DNA of 61,049 nt from a bacterium (lineage in GTDB: Bacteria > Patescibacteriota > Patescibacteriia > UBA1558 > GWA2-36-10): NCBI GenBank assembly GCA_018653315.1, contig JABIAL010000009.1:1-61049 (forward strand), read 5' to 3'. A program made the translations under genes and the position numbers. The notes under the pieces are model-generated. The model ran no database searches and was not told where the DNA came from. It saw only the letters and a list, made by a program, of their open reading frames with translations. Within the stretch, counting starts at the first letter, position 1, and every line of letters starts with the position of its first letter. Below, piece by piece: positions 21,056 through 30,474 of the stretch.

Positions 21056-21427
21056 CTATTTTAAAGTGTCTTTAATTTTATCAACTATGTCCTCTATTTT
21101 CCAATCTGATTTAACTAAATAAGCACTTATATCACCGTCCACAACATCGATACTTTTATCTCCATCACTCAAATTACTCAAAATGATGACTGGCACGTCT
21201 TTACCCCAATCATCAACTCTTAATTTTTTTAGCATACTAATACCATCCATGCGGGGCATGATGATGTCTAATAAAATAAGATCTGGGTGTTGGTCCAAGG
21301 CCATACTCAAACCCTCTTCACCATTCTTAGCCTCCAAAATATCACATCCTTGATCAATTAATTTTGCAGACAATGCTCGAGCTAAAGACAGCTCATCTTC
21401 TATAATTAAAATTTTCTTATCTTTCAT
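21056..21427 (-). CDS. stand-alone response-regulator receiver protein (CheY-like, no output domain)
   Basis: 123 aa. ILIIEDE acidic pocket, phospho-acceptor context DLILLDIIMPRMDG, conserved K region. Confidence 0.85.
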   Translation of the reverse strand: MKDKKILIIEDELSLARALSAKLIDQGCDILEAKNGEEGLSMALDQHPDLILLDIIMPRMDGISMLKKLRVDDWGKDVPVIILSNLSDGDKSIDVVDGDISAYLVKSDWKIEDIVDKIKDTLK

Positions 21428-21437
21428 AAAATTATAC

Positions 21438-21827
21438 TTAATTTTTTTCTAAAAAATCTTTTATGTCACCAACAATATCATCCAAACGATGATCTGCCTT
21501 GGTATAATACTTGCTAACGCCTAGCTGTAAATAACTTACTACTTTCTCTTGAGTGGCAGTATTTGAAACTACAAAGACCGGAATCTCTTTATACTTAGAT
21601 TCTTCGTTTTTTAACTCCGTCACAAAATCTAAACCATTCTCTCTACCTAATAGATAATGATCAAGCCAAATGACATTTACTTTTTCTGCTTGACCCAAAT
21701 ATTCCTTAGCTTGCTCTACAGAGCGCGCTGTTAATGTATCAAAGCCTGAGCCTTCTAATTTTTTCTTAATGACAGCTAATAATGGACGCTCATCTTCAAC
21801 AATTAATATTGTATTTTTGTTTTCCAT
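21438..21827 (-). CDS. stand-alone response-regulator receiver protein (no output domain)
   Basis: 129 aa. ILIVEDE and acceptor context VIWLDHYL. No DNA-binding or enzymatic extension. Confidence 0.85.
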   Translation of the reverse strand: MENKNTILIVEDERPLLAVIKKKLEGSGFDTLTARSVEQAKEYLGQAEKVNVIWLDHYLLGRENGLDFVTELKNEESKYKEIPVFVVSNTATQEKVVSYLQLGVSKYYTKADHRLDDIVGDIKDFLEKN

Positions 21828-21832
21828 AATTT

Positions 21833-24814
21833 TTATTTAGTATATTCCAATCCTTTGCTTCCCTCTTTTTTAGTCATGCCCTTTATCGGTACAGAAACAA
21901 AAAATGTTGTGCCTTTATTTTCTTCGCTCTCCAACCAGACTTTTCCACTGGCTGCATCAATGATAGCTTTTACTATATATAGTCCTAAACCAGTGCCATC
22001 TGTTTCTTTCTCTCTAACATTATCAGCCCTGAACAATTTTGTAAATATTTTATTTTGCTGATGTTGCGGAATACCGTAGCCAGTATCTTGAATCTTAATA
22101 AGTAATTCCCCGCCCTCTTTGTGAATCACTACGTCAACACTTCCTTTTTCTGGTGTATATTTAACTGCATTACTTAATAAATTTTGGAAAACAATACGCA
22201 TCAATTTCGGATCTACTTTAATTTCTGGTAAATTTTCACCATAATTTTTATTAACTTTCAATTCTTTATTCTTGATAGAAACTTGTAATTCATTTAAAAC
22301 ACTATCTGACAGATGAATAAAATTGACTGGCTCTGGCTCAATAGCCAAAGTGCCTAACTCAATTCTAGAAACATTTAACAAGGAATTAACTAAATCAACC
22401 ATGCGTTGATTACCTTTATAAACTTCGTCCAAATATTGTCTTTGTTCATCATTGAGCTCTCCTGCATCACCAGCCAATAACATCTCTGCATACCAATTGA
22501 TAGCTGATAAAGGTGTGCGTAATTGATGAGAGGCTAAAGAGACGAATTCAGTTTTGGCTTTATCGATCTGATCTTCTTTGGTAATGTCTCTCTCTATTCC
22601 TATAAAAAATAATACTTCGTCATTTTTATCTAAAATTGGTGAGATGCTAGCCATGGCGATATATTGCTCTCCATTCTTGCGCTTATTGTTGAGCTTGCCC
22701 TGAAAAACTTGTTTATCTTCTTTGATTGTTTTCCAGAGCTTTTGATAAACACTCTTGTCCATTAGGCCGCCCCAAAACTCTTTGGTGCCAGCTTTTTTGC
22801 CTAAAATTTCCTCAATAGAAAAGCCAGTTATGCCTTCTACGGCTTTATTAGCATACAAAACTACCCCCTCGGCATCTGTAATCACAATATGATCAGAGGC
22901 ATTTTCTACGGCTAGCTTAAATTTTTCCAAATCTTGGACCAAGCTCTCAGTTTTCTTCTTTTCTTCTTCTACGTCTTCCAAAATATTCAGCGTGGCTTTT
23001 TGCTGGTTTTCTAAATCTCGACTTTTTTCTATAATATCTTTTGTCTGTTCTTCTACTTTTTTATCAACTTCGATTCGAGATTTTTTTATAGCTCCTGTCA
23101 TTTCATCAAAAGCTCTGGATAATTGACCAATTTCATCTTGAGAATCAGTACCAACTTTATGATCCAAATTGTCTCCTTTTATAATTTCTGTGCCCTGATG
23201 AAGTTTTTCAATTGGCTTAGTAATTTTTCTAGAAACCCAAATAGCTGCTAATAAATAAATCAATAAAGAACCTACAACAACAATTATAAAAATACGAAGT
23301 ACCTTTATAGTTGGTGCCATGGCTTCTTTTTCATCAATTTCTGCCAACAAACACCAATTCATTGAATGTATTGGATGATATGCTCCTAAAACATTTAGAC
23401 TTCTATAATCTTGAGCTATTCCAGAAGGATCATGCTGCACATGCATGACACGCATTTTTTCTTCTTGCTCTAACATCATTAAACAGTTTTTTGCATTTTC
23501 TGTTTCAATCTTAAATTCTAAAAAAGTATCCTCTTTAAACAATAAAGAAGATATTGCATAGCCTTCTCTATTAATCAAGTAAGCCTCTCCTGTTTCACCT
23601 AGGCCTGTTTTGTCTCTAGTGATCTCATTTAATACAACCAGATCTATTCTTCCGACTAATACACCTCCAGCGTGTGGCGTTGAAACTGCAATAGAGGGAC
23701 TATTGGTTGTTTTAGAAAAATAAGCATCTTTAATATACGTTTCATTTTTTCCATTAATAAAATAATCATCCAAAGAACGATCTAGACCAACACTTGATTC
23801 ATCCGAAGAAGCAATTATCATTCCTTGTGAATCAAGAACAAATACTTCATAGAATTCATCATTACTATTATTTATGGTTCTTAATTCTTCATTTGAAAGC
23901 TCTTTGTGGGTTGCTGCTATTGCAATTTTATCTTTTTGTTCTTCAAGAAAAATATTAACACTGTGCGCCCTTGATTGTACTGTAGTTTGTAAGTGGCTAT
24001 GTATTCCATCGCTTATTACATTACTATTGATCGATTGCATTGCAAAACCAATAATAACCATTACAACTAAATAAATAACAATAAATGTTACACTAATTTT
24101 AGTCCTAATTTTAAATACTCCAGTATGAATATTCAATGCGTCCCACCTATAAATAGCATAGCCAAAAAATAGTATCAAAATAACAATTGCTATAGCAGCT
24201 AATCGAGGAAATTCCACACCTATTAAAGGCAATATTAAATTAGTAACAGACGCCAATATTAATGGTGCAAGTAAACCAGCTACCAAATACTTTAGTTGCG
24301 TTTTCTCTTTTTTATCTTTACTAACAATCAATTTTCTCAGCACATAATAAAAAGATAGGAATAGCACAAATATCATTAATGCTACGATAAAAATAAAGTG
24401 GCTGCCTGGTATATAATTCGAATCTCCGACAAACTGCAAGGGCCTTAATCCAACAATAATATAATCCGTAAATAAAATTAAATAACCCGTTAGCAAGATA
24501 ATTATACTAATAAACCATTTAAGCCAAGTGAATATACTAATTTGAGTAAATATTAAAACAAACCTAAATAAAAATAAAATCGAAACCAAGCCAGTCAAAA
24601 AGCCTAGCCTCCAAATTAGAATGTGAATATTATCACTAAAGATAGAAAACAAAGTCAGAAAATCAATCACGATCCATCCTATGGCTATAGCAACCGTCAA
24701 AATCATCGCCCTGACCACTGCGTTGTGTCTATTGTTCTTTAGTAAAAAAGCCAAAAACCAAATGGATATGCCTATCGAAACAATATAAAGAATAACATAA
24801 ATATAAGTACTCAT
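21833..24814 (-). CDS. multi-domain sensor histidine kinase (N-terminal polytopic membrane module, extracytoplasmic Cache-like domain, HAMP, PAS, HisKA, HATPase)
   Basis: 993 aa. H-box SHQLRTPLSAI, N-box LLSNAVKYTP, G-boxes DTGYGIP and GTGLGLYIVK. HAMP-like PIEKLHQGTEIIKGDNLDHKV..DEIGQLSRAFDEM. About 7 N-terminal TM helices. Confidence 0.9.
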   Translation of the reverse strand: MSTYIYVILYIVSIGISIWFLAFLLKNNRHNAVVRAMILTVAIAIGWIVIDFLTLFSIFSDNIHILIWRLGFLTGLVSILFLFRFVLIFTQISIFTWLKWFISIIILLTGYLILFTDYIIVGLRPLQFVGDSNYIPGSHFIFIVALMIFVLFLSFYYVLRKLIVSKDKKEKTQLKYLVAGLLAPLILASVTNLILPLIGVEFPRLAAIAIVILILFFGYAIYRWDALNIHTGVFKIRTKISVTFIVIYLVVMVIIGFAMQSINSNVISDGIHSHLQTTVQSRAHSVNIFLEEQKDKIAIAATHKELSNEELRTINNSNDEFYEVFVLDSQGMIIASSDESSVGLDRSLDDYFINGKNETYIKDAYFSKTTNSPSIAVSTPHAGGVLVGRIDLVVLNEITRDKTGLGETGEAYLINREGYAISSLLFKEDTFLEFKIETENAKNCLMMLEQEEKMRVMHVQHDPSGIAQDYRSLNVLGAYHPIHSMNWCLLAEIDEKEAMAPTIKVLRIFIIVVVGSLLIYLLAAIWVSRKITKPIEKLHQGTEIIKGDNLDHKVGTDSQDEIGQLSRAFDEMTGAIKKSRIEVDKKVEEQTKDIIEKSRDLENQQKATLNILEDVEEEKKKTESLVQDLEKFKLAVENASDHIVITDAEGVVLYANKAVEGITGFSIEEILGKKAGTKEFWGGLMDKSVYQKLWKTIKEDKQVFQGKLNNKRKNGEQYIAMASISPILDKNDEVLFFIGIERDITKEDQIDKAKTEFVSLASHQLRTPLSAINWYAEMLLAGDAGELNDEQRQYLDEVYKGNQRMVDLVNSLLNVSRIELGTLAIEPEPVNFIHLSDSVLNELQVSIKNKELKVNKNYGENLPEIKVDPKLMRIVFQNLLSNAVKYTPEKGSVDVVIHKEGGELLIKIQDTGYGIPQHQQNKIFTKLFRADNVREKETDGTGLGLYIVKAIIDAASGKVWLESEENKGTTFFVSVPIKGMTKKEGSKGLEYTK

Positions 24815-24849
24815 TTATTTCGCTTTTATCTTTCTAATAAATTTAAACA

Positions 24850-25275
24850 TTAAAATAAACCCCAATAGCTATATACTCCAGATTCTTCAGCTTCAATTCT
24901 CAAAACTAAAGCATCTTTGATGCCGTTGAATTCTGACTTGAATTCTAGAAAATTGTTATTAATGCTGTCAGTAGTACTAAATTTTTCTAGAAAAGCATAA
25001 ACTACTTTTTCAATATCTTTCATCTCAGCAATAAATAGCTCTGTTTTAGTTGTATCCTGTTTAGCTTTCTTCATTTTGTCTAATAATTCAACATAGAAAA
25101 TCTCATTTTCAAGCTTAAGATGTTCAACTAAGTCTTCTTTAAATTTATTTAGACTAGCTAAAATCTGTTCTGCTTTGACATGATCATTTCCATTATATAA
25201 ACTCAAAATAATTTCGACATCGGCCTGTAAACCACGATGTTGTTGGATCATTGTAGTTACTAAATTTTCTGACAT
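24850..25275 (-). CDS. small helical protein, possibly hemerythrin-like (HHE-type)
   Basis: 141 aa with spaced His/Glu (QQHRGL, VEHLKLENE). The domain call is weak. Confidence 0.4.
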   Translation of the reverse strand: MSENLVTTMIQQHRGLQADVEIILSLYNGNDHVKAEQILASLNKFKEDLVEHLKLENEIFYVELLDKMKKAKQDTTKTELFIAEMKDIEKVVYAFLEKFSTTDSINNNFLEFKSEFNGIKDALVLRIEAEESGVYSYWGLF

Positions 25276-25304
25276 AAAAATATTAATTAATATTTATTTA
25301 AATC

Positions 25305-26573
25305 TTACTTTTTATTTTTTAATTCATTAATTTCTTTTTTAAGCTCTACCATCTTTAATTCTCGACCGATCATACTTTTGTTCATTTTTTCTAGCTGAGC
25401 TGTACGTTGTTGAACTTTCTTTTCTATATTTTCTTTTGAAGATTTTAATGCTTTTAACATGTTGCCAAAACTATGGCTCAAATCTCCAATCTCATCTTTG
25501 GTATTAATGTTGATATCTTTATCCAAATTACCAGCACTAATTTCTTCTACTGTTTCTTTTAATTGACTAAGTGGTTTTAAGAATCGACGAACTAACCAAT
25601 AAATCAATACAGCGGCTAATACAGCGGCTAATAAAATAAACACACTCAAAGACCAGGCAATGCCAAGGGCTTGTTTTATATATCTCTCCTCTTCTTCTTC
25701 GATGATAATCAAAAATGGTAATTCATTAATCCGAGCTACTGCTACAATCTCTTGTTCATTGTCTCCTGCATCAAAAATGTTAAATACCTTAGATTGCCCG
25801 ATACTATCTAAATCAGATTGAACAGCGTCATAGGTCAACGGCTGGATGTCTAAACCAGAAAATCGTTTTTTATCTATTATCTCTTGCCGAGTTTCTGCGT
25901 CAAGAGCTCCTAGACTGCTATAAATTCTTTTTGCTTCATCTGCATAAATAATGACTCCATTTTGATTGACCAACATAATATGACCGCCAGATAATTTTTT
26001 TGGCAAGTTGATAGATTCATGAATGAACTCTGGCCTCATTTTAACCACTACAACGCCTTGGATTGTACCATCTATTGTTCGAATTGGATGAGAAAAATAA
26101 TAACCCAGCTGACCACTAGTCACTCCAACGGCAAGATCAATCCATGTCTGACCATCTATTGCGTGCTGAAAATAATCTCGAAAACTATAATTTTTACCTA
26201 CAAATGATTCATCCGTAGAAACTCGTGTACTGCCATCTCTATCCATCACATATATGGCCGAATACATATCGGCTATATTATATGACTCTAGCTCGTGTAA
26301 AATATCTGAATCCTGCAATTGTATTTCAAGCCCACCATGCTCATCGCTGCTGATATGTTGAGCAATGGTCTGGACTAATTTTTGAGAATATTCAAAAACC
26401 CTACCTGTTTCTTGGGCCTGCTCAATAGTCAATAACTCTAAAACCTGGACTTCATTATCAATAAAAGTCTTCTTGCTATATAAAAAAACTACGTAGGCTG
26501 CTAGAGCCCCGAAAACAAAAATTAAAAAAACAATAGACAAAATTAGTTTAGTCTTTAGTGAATTTTTAACCAT
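25305..26573 (-). CDS. Cache-like sensor + HAMP protein with short coiled-coil tail and no recognisable output domain
   Basis: 422 aa. N-terminal TM, extracytoplasmic domain, second TM, HAMP (RFLKPLSQLKETVEEISAGNLDKDI..DEIGDLSHSFGNM), then about 60 aa of coiled coil and stop. Confidence 0.7.
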   Translation of the reverse strand: MVKNSLKTKLILSIVFLIFVFGALAAYVVFLYSKKTFIDNEVQVLELLTIEQAQETGRVFEYSQKLVQTIAQHISSDEHGGLEIQLQDSDILHELESYNIADMYSAIYVMDRDGSTRVSTDESFVGKNYSFRDYFQHAIDGQTWIDLAVGVTSGQLGYYFSHPIRTIDGTIQGVVVVKMRPEFIHESINLPKKLSGGHIMLVNQNGVIIYADEAKRIYSSLGALDAETRQEIIDKKRFSGLDIQPLTYDAVQSDLDSIGQSKVFNIFDAGDNEQEIVAVARINELPFLIIIEEEEERYIKQALGIAWSLSVFILLAAVLAAVLIYWLVRRFLKPLSQLKETVEEISAGNLDKDININTKDEIGDLSHSFGNMLKALKSSKENIEKKVQQRTAQLEKMNKSMIGRELKMVELKKEINELKNKK

Positions 26574-26609
26574 AAAAGAATCCCCCTTATTACTAAGTAG
26601 TAAGTAGTT

Positions 26610-27065
26610 CTAGCGAGTCACCGAAATAGTCTGGTCCTGTTCAGCGTTTGGAGCAGAAACCGTCACTCTACCATTTGTACTAGTAGAAATTTCATAACAA
26701 ATTCCATTTGTATCGCATCCTCCGCTCGGATCAATTGGTAAGCCAACTAAGTATGTTTCTGACCATACTAGATGATTGAGATTGATCAAAGAACTAGTGG
26801 TGCAAGTACTGGTTGATGTACCAGCTATACAAATTTCAGTATCTGTACCAGTGATAGTTTCTGGTAAGTTACCGTTGTTATCAATACTATATTGATAAAC
26901 CGCATTCATAATAGTATTCACATCTGCTTTACGTTGAGCATTACGTGAATCAGCTAATTGTTTGTTTGGATTAATAGCTAGAATAACTATTCCTGCCAAA
27001 ATAGCAATGATAGCAACGACCAATAATACTTCTAACAAAGTAAAACCTTTTTGATTTTTTTGCAT
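26610..27065 (-). CDS. type IV pilin / pseudopilin
   Basis: 151 aa with class III signal MQKNQKGFTLLEVLLVVAIIAILAGIV. Confidence 0.85.
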   Translation of the reverse strand: MQKNQKGFTLLEVLLVVAIIAILAGIVILAINPNKQLADSRNAQRKADVNTIMNAVYQYSIDNNGNLPETITGTDTEICIAGTSTSTCTTSSLINLNHLVWSETYLVGLPIDPSGGCDTNGICYEISTSTNGRVTVSAPNAEQDQTISVTR

Positions 27066-27120
27066 AATAGTTTAATTAAATAATTTTTATTAACTATATT
27101 ATAACATATTTTGAATTCAA

Positions 27121-27528
27121 CTAAAAACTTACTACTTCTTGCCAACTAGTAATATTAACTGGATTTATTTGATCAATTAACACTTTAACTCGGCGAGTAA
27201 CATTATTTACTACTGCTTCACCTCTTATGTCTCGATTTATTCCTCCTAAATTAGTAACTAAATAAGTACAACTGCCATTTTCAAAATCTAAACTAGCCGA
27301 ACCAGTAAAATCACTCTCTGCAATTTCTAATAAAGCTTGGTTCACACAAGCATTGGCTAAATTTTTTGCTTGAGCTGACTGCTGATAAGCTAAACTAGAG
27401 CGTGAAGCGCCTAAACCTAAAAAAATTAAAGAAATAGTGATTGCTACTGCGATAGCTGATATCACTAAAACGCTTACTAATATAATATACCCTTGCTGAT
27501 TATTTAATTGTTCTTTATTTTTTTTCAT
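27121..27528 (-). CDS. PilX-like minor pilin candidate
   Basis: Start re-set to the ATG at 27528 (MKKNKEQLNNQQGYIILVSVLVISAIAVAITISLIFLG), directly after the upstream stop at 27530. The longer track ORF overlaps the neighbouring gene. Confidence 0.55.
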   Translation of the reverse strand: MKKNKEQLNNQQGYIILVSVLVISAIAVAITISLIFLGLGASRSSLAYQQSAQAKNLANACVNQALLEIAESDFTGSASLDFENGSCTYLVTNLGGINRDIRGEAVVNNVTRRVKVLIDQINPVNITSWQEVVSF

Positions 27529-27529
27529 A

Positions 27530-28042
27530 TTAACGTATACTAGCCGCACCATAAAAAATTTTACTATACTCATACTGATTATTACCAGCTGGATTGATAT
27601 GAGAAATTGTAAACTGAATTTTGATGCTACCAGCAGTATCAGTACGTGATAAATTATCAAATTGCAAATCTGAAATTACTACTCTGCTTGAAGTCATATC
27701 AACAGCTGCACTCGCTCCCTCGGTAATCCGCAAGACACCAGCTGATAAATCAAATATAGTGGGGTCATTAGCAACTTCAATTACATCTAAATCAAGTAGC
27801 GCTGCACTAGTGCTAGTGGCTGGTGAGTTTATAGCTTCGGCATTACGAATAGCTTGTGTCATCACGCTCATGATCCTTTGTCCTTGCTGAGTAACTTCGG
27901 CAATAGTCTGATTTTTTACTCTAGCATTCAAAATAGTACCTAAAAATCCAGAAACTACAGCCAGCATAACCGAAGCTAAAGCTATATAAAGTAATAACTC
28001 AACTAAAGTAAATCCATTTTGATTTTTCTTGAATATTTTCAT
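27530..28042 (-). CDS. type IV pseudopilin / minor pilin
   Basis: 170 aa with MKIFKKNQNGFTLVELLLYIALASVMLAVV prepilin-type N-terminus. Confidence 0.8.
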   Translation of the reverse strand: MKIFKKNQNGFTLVELLLYIALASVMLAVVSGFLGTILNARVKNQTIAEVTQQGQRIMSVMTQAIRNAEAINSPATSTSAALLDLDVIEVANDPTIFDLSAGVLRITEGASAAVDMTSSRVVISDLQFDNLSRTDTAGSIKIQFTISHINPAGNNQYEYSKIFYGAASIR

Positions 28043-30076
28043 CTAGTTATACTCAATACTTACATCTTCTAAAACTGGACTAGCTACACCATCACTAGTA
28101 AAAAATGTTCTGTACTGTAGCCACTGATCATTAGTACCATCACTATGTGTAGTATTTATAGTTTCTCCACCTTGATCATCTATATAATAATCACTAACAT
28201 CTATTGGCCCTAGCCAATCTGTCCAAGTGCCAGGTACGCCAGCTGTATCCGGAGCACTGCGTAATTGAAATTTTATAGTGTTATCTGTAGTGGTAGCTGA
28301 AGCTGACCAACTAATACTATTCCAAGTTGCATTAGTGCTACCGGAATCATATTCTGATGAAGTAAACCAGCCATCATATGAATAATCTGAAGGCTCTGAA
28401 TAGCCTGTTAGTTGAATATCATCCACAAACCAAGTAACTAAATTTACCTCCTGGTTATCCAGCGCTTCAAATTGTAAATAATTTATTGTAGTTGTTGAAA
28501 TATTCATATCTGATAAAGGTACTGAGACTAGCTCCCATGTATCAATGTCATTATCAATGCCAGCTGCTAGATAGTCAGTCAAAAATACCGTGGTCCCAAC
28601 ATCAGCTTTAATATCAAAGTCTTGACCATAATAATCTGGTGAAAAATATAAAGGTGGGCTAGTGTGATAATCATTTGTATAAACAATATCCACACGCTCA
28701 AGCTTATTGCTTATTGTTTCAGCTACAATAGACCCATTAAGTGTAATTCTGTGGCCACCATTTAAGTCATTCGATTTAAATTCACCGCCAGTAAAAATTA
28801 AACCATTAACGGTCATGCTGGCCTTATCTTTAAATTTAATCTCTTTTGTATCTGCTAAAAGAACTGGATAATTTGAACTAATCGTGTTTAAAGTAGTGCC
28901 CTCATATTTATCTAATTCAATTTTTCCATTAGTGACAAATGAAACATTAAAAGGCCCCGCTTCATCATCAAATTTTAATTTAAGTTTTTTGTTTGTGTTA
29001 GAAAATTCTACATAAACTAATTTGCCTTCATAATCCGAAATATCTCCATTATTTTCATCCAAAGTAAAATCACCACCACCGGCATTAATATACGATGCTG
29101 TTCCTTGAGCTAAGGTTTTGTAAGAAGCCATATCTGGTGATGGAAAATCTAAAAAATCACTTGAATTATAAATAAAGTCAGCATGAGTAGTATTAAGCAT
29201 GGTAACTTCAGCGCCATAATCAGACGCACCATTAGCATCATCGCCATAAACTGCATGCGCCCATGGCGAAACAGTATTGAGATAAAAATTTAAATTAAGG
29301 TAGTTACTAGTATCAAAACTCTTAGCATATCTAACATAGGCTGTCTGATCAGCGTAATTGGCGCTCAAAGAATTAGTGCCAGAATTTAGCATTAAAGTAG
29401 AAGCACTATCAACTGTGGCGTTATTATTAGAAAGAGACCAGCTATTTTGCATGCTATCATTATAAATATTTTCATCTGAAGTCGCGCCACTGCTTTGCGC
29501 TATTGAAATTTCATTTGCATTTGTTTTACCACCAACATAAACGTATGCTCCCAAAAAATATACCGCTTCAGCATCATCATTTCCAGCAAGATTTAAGCTT
29601 CCTATTTCGCTATAAGTTGATGTGTCAAAAACATACAGCTCTTTAGCATTATCTTTGGAAGCAACATAAGCATTGCCATTTGTGCCTATAGATACATCAT
29701 TAGCATCATCATCCGTGTCTGCTGAACCTAAAATATTTAGTGCTCCCTCTGGTGATGAAATATCTATAGCGTAAAATTCTTTATCAGCCGACTGCTTACG
29801 TGTCATATAAGCAACATTATCCGAAATGCTAATCGCCGTCATATCAGAATTACCAGATAAGTCCAATGTATTAACCTCTGTATAATCTGACAAGCGAACT
29901 ACACTTAGTTCCTTGTCGTTTTTTTTAGTCCCTAAATAGGCATAGCCACTAGACACATCAAGAGCTTTGACTTCATCGCCAATTTCTGTTGCTCCAAGCT
30001 CACTGATTACTCCTTCTGGTGAAGAAATATCCAGTGCATAAAATTCTTCATTACCAGAATTTTTTGTAGCACAAAG
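28043..30076 (-). pseudogene. large repeat-containing pilus-cluster protein, apparently 5'-truncated
   Basis: The frame is open from 30076 down to 28043, but there is no ATG/GTG/TTG between 30076 and the GTG at 29956. The 40 start-less codons (LCATKNSGNEEFYALDISSPEGVISELGATEIGDEVKALD) repeat the internal motif KEFYAIDISSPEGALNILG. No signal peptide follows the GTG. Confidence 0.5.
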
Positions 30077-30082
30077 TCAATG

Positions 30083-30121
30083 AAAAAAACAAACAAAAAC
30101 AGCCCCACAAAAGTAGGGCTG
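30083..30121 (-). terminator. intrinsic terminator of the 29-aa mini-gene
   Basis: Minus strand reads CAGCCC-TACTTTTGTG-GGGCTG followed by TTTTTGTTTGTTTTTTT. Confidence 0.75.
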
Positions 30122-30145
30122 AAGCATATTCAAAAACTCTAAGAT

Positions 30146-30235
30146 TTATTTATTCTTAAATCTATTTCGACGATTCAATTTCTTGCGTCGACGTCTTTTG
30201 ACTGATAATCTTTTATTCTTTAACTTTGTTCCCAT
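30146..30235 (-). CDS. 29-aa Lys/Arg-rich peptide (MGTKLKNKRLSVKRRRRKKLNRRNRFKNK)
   Basis: Translated codon by codon, ATG at 30235 and TAA at 30146-48. Has its own TTGACA-17-TATAAA promoter and GC-stem terminator. Below the 60-aa cutoff of the ORF track. Confidence 0.55.
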   Translation of the reverse strand: MGTKLKNKRLSVKRRRRKKLNRRNRFKNK

Positions 30236-30261
30236 ATCTAGTATTTCTAATTACGTATCTC

Positions 30262-30290
30262 TTTATATCATTTACTCGAAAAAATGTCAA
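30262..30290 (-). promoter_or_regulatory. sigma70-type promoter for the mini-gene
   Basis: Minus strand TTGACA (30290-30285), 17-nt spacer, TATAAA (30267-30262). Confidence 0.55.
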
Positions 30291-30296
30291 TATTTA

Positions 30297-30332
30297 TAAT
30301 GGTCGTCCTGTCCTTCGGTTACGCTCAGGACA
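30297..30332 (-). repeat. partial copy of the tRNA-Ile 3' end (CAGGACGACCATTA) fused to a GC-rich hairpin
   Basis: 14 nt at 30297-30310 are identical to 30348-30361. Hairpin TGTCCT / 12-nt loop / AGGACA at 30309-30332. Confidence 0.8.
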
Positions 30333-30350
30333 TACCGTCTTGAAATTTAA

Positions 30351-30427
30351 TGGTCGTCCTGCCGGGACTTGAACCCGGGACCCCCACTTTATAAGAGTGG
30401 TGCTCTAACCGACTGAGCTACAGGACG
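30351..30427 (-). tRNA. tRNA-Ile, anticodon UAU, CCA encoded
   Basis: Hand-folded: CGTCCTG-TA-GCTC-AGTCGGTTA-GAGC-A-CCACT-CTTATAA-AGTGG-GGGTC-CCGGG-TTCAAGT-CCCGG-CAGGACG-A-CCA. Confidence 0.9.
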
Positions 30428-30474
30428 TTATGTTAAAACTTTATTTTATATATGCCTCGAATACCGACTGCCTG

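Noticed and set aside
27121-27660. 179-aa version of the PilX-like ORF
   Set aside because: The first 44 codons overlap the upstream pseudopilin gene. The ATG at 27528 sits 1 nt after that gene's stop codon and gives a sensible N-terminus.
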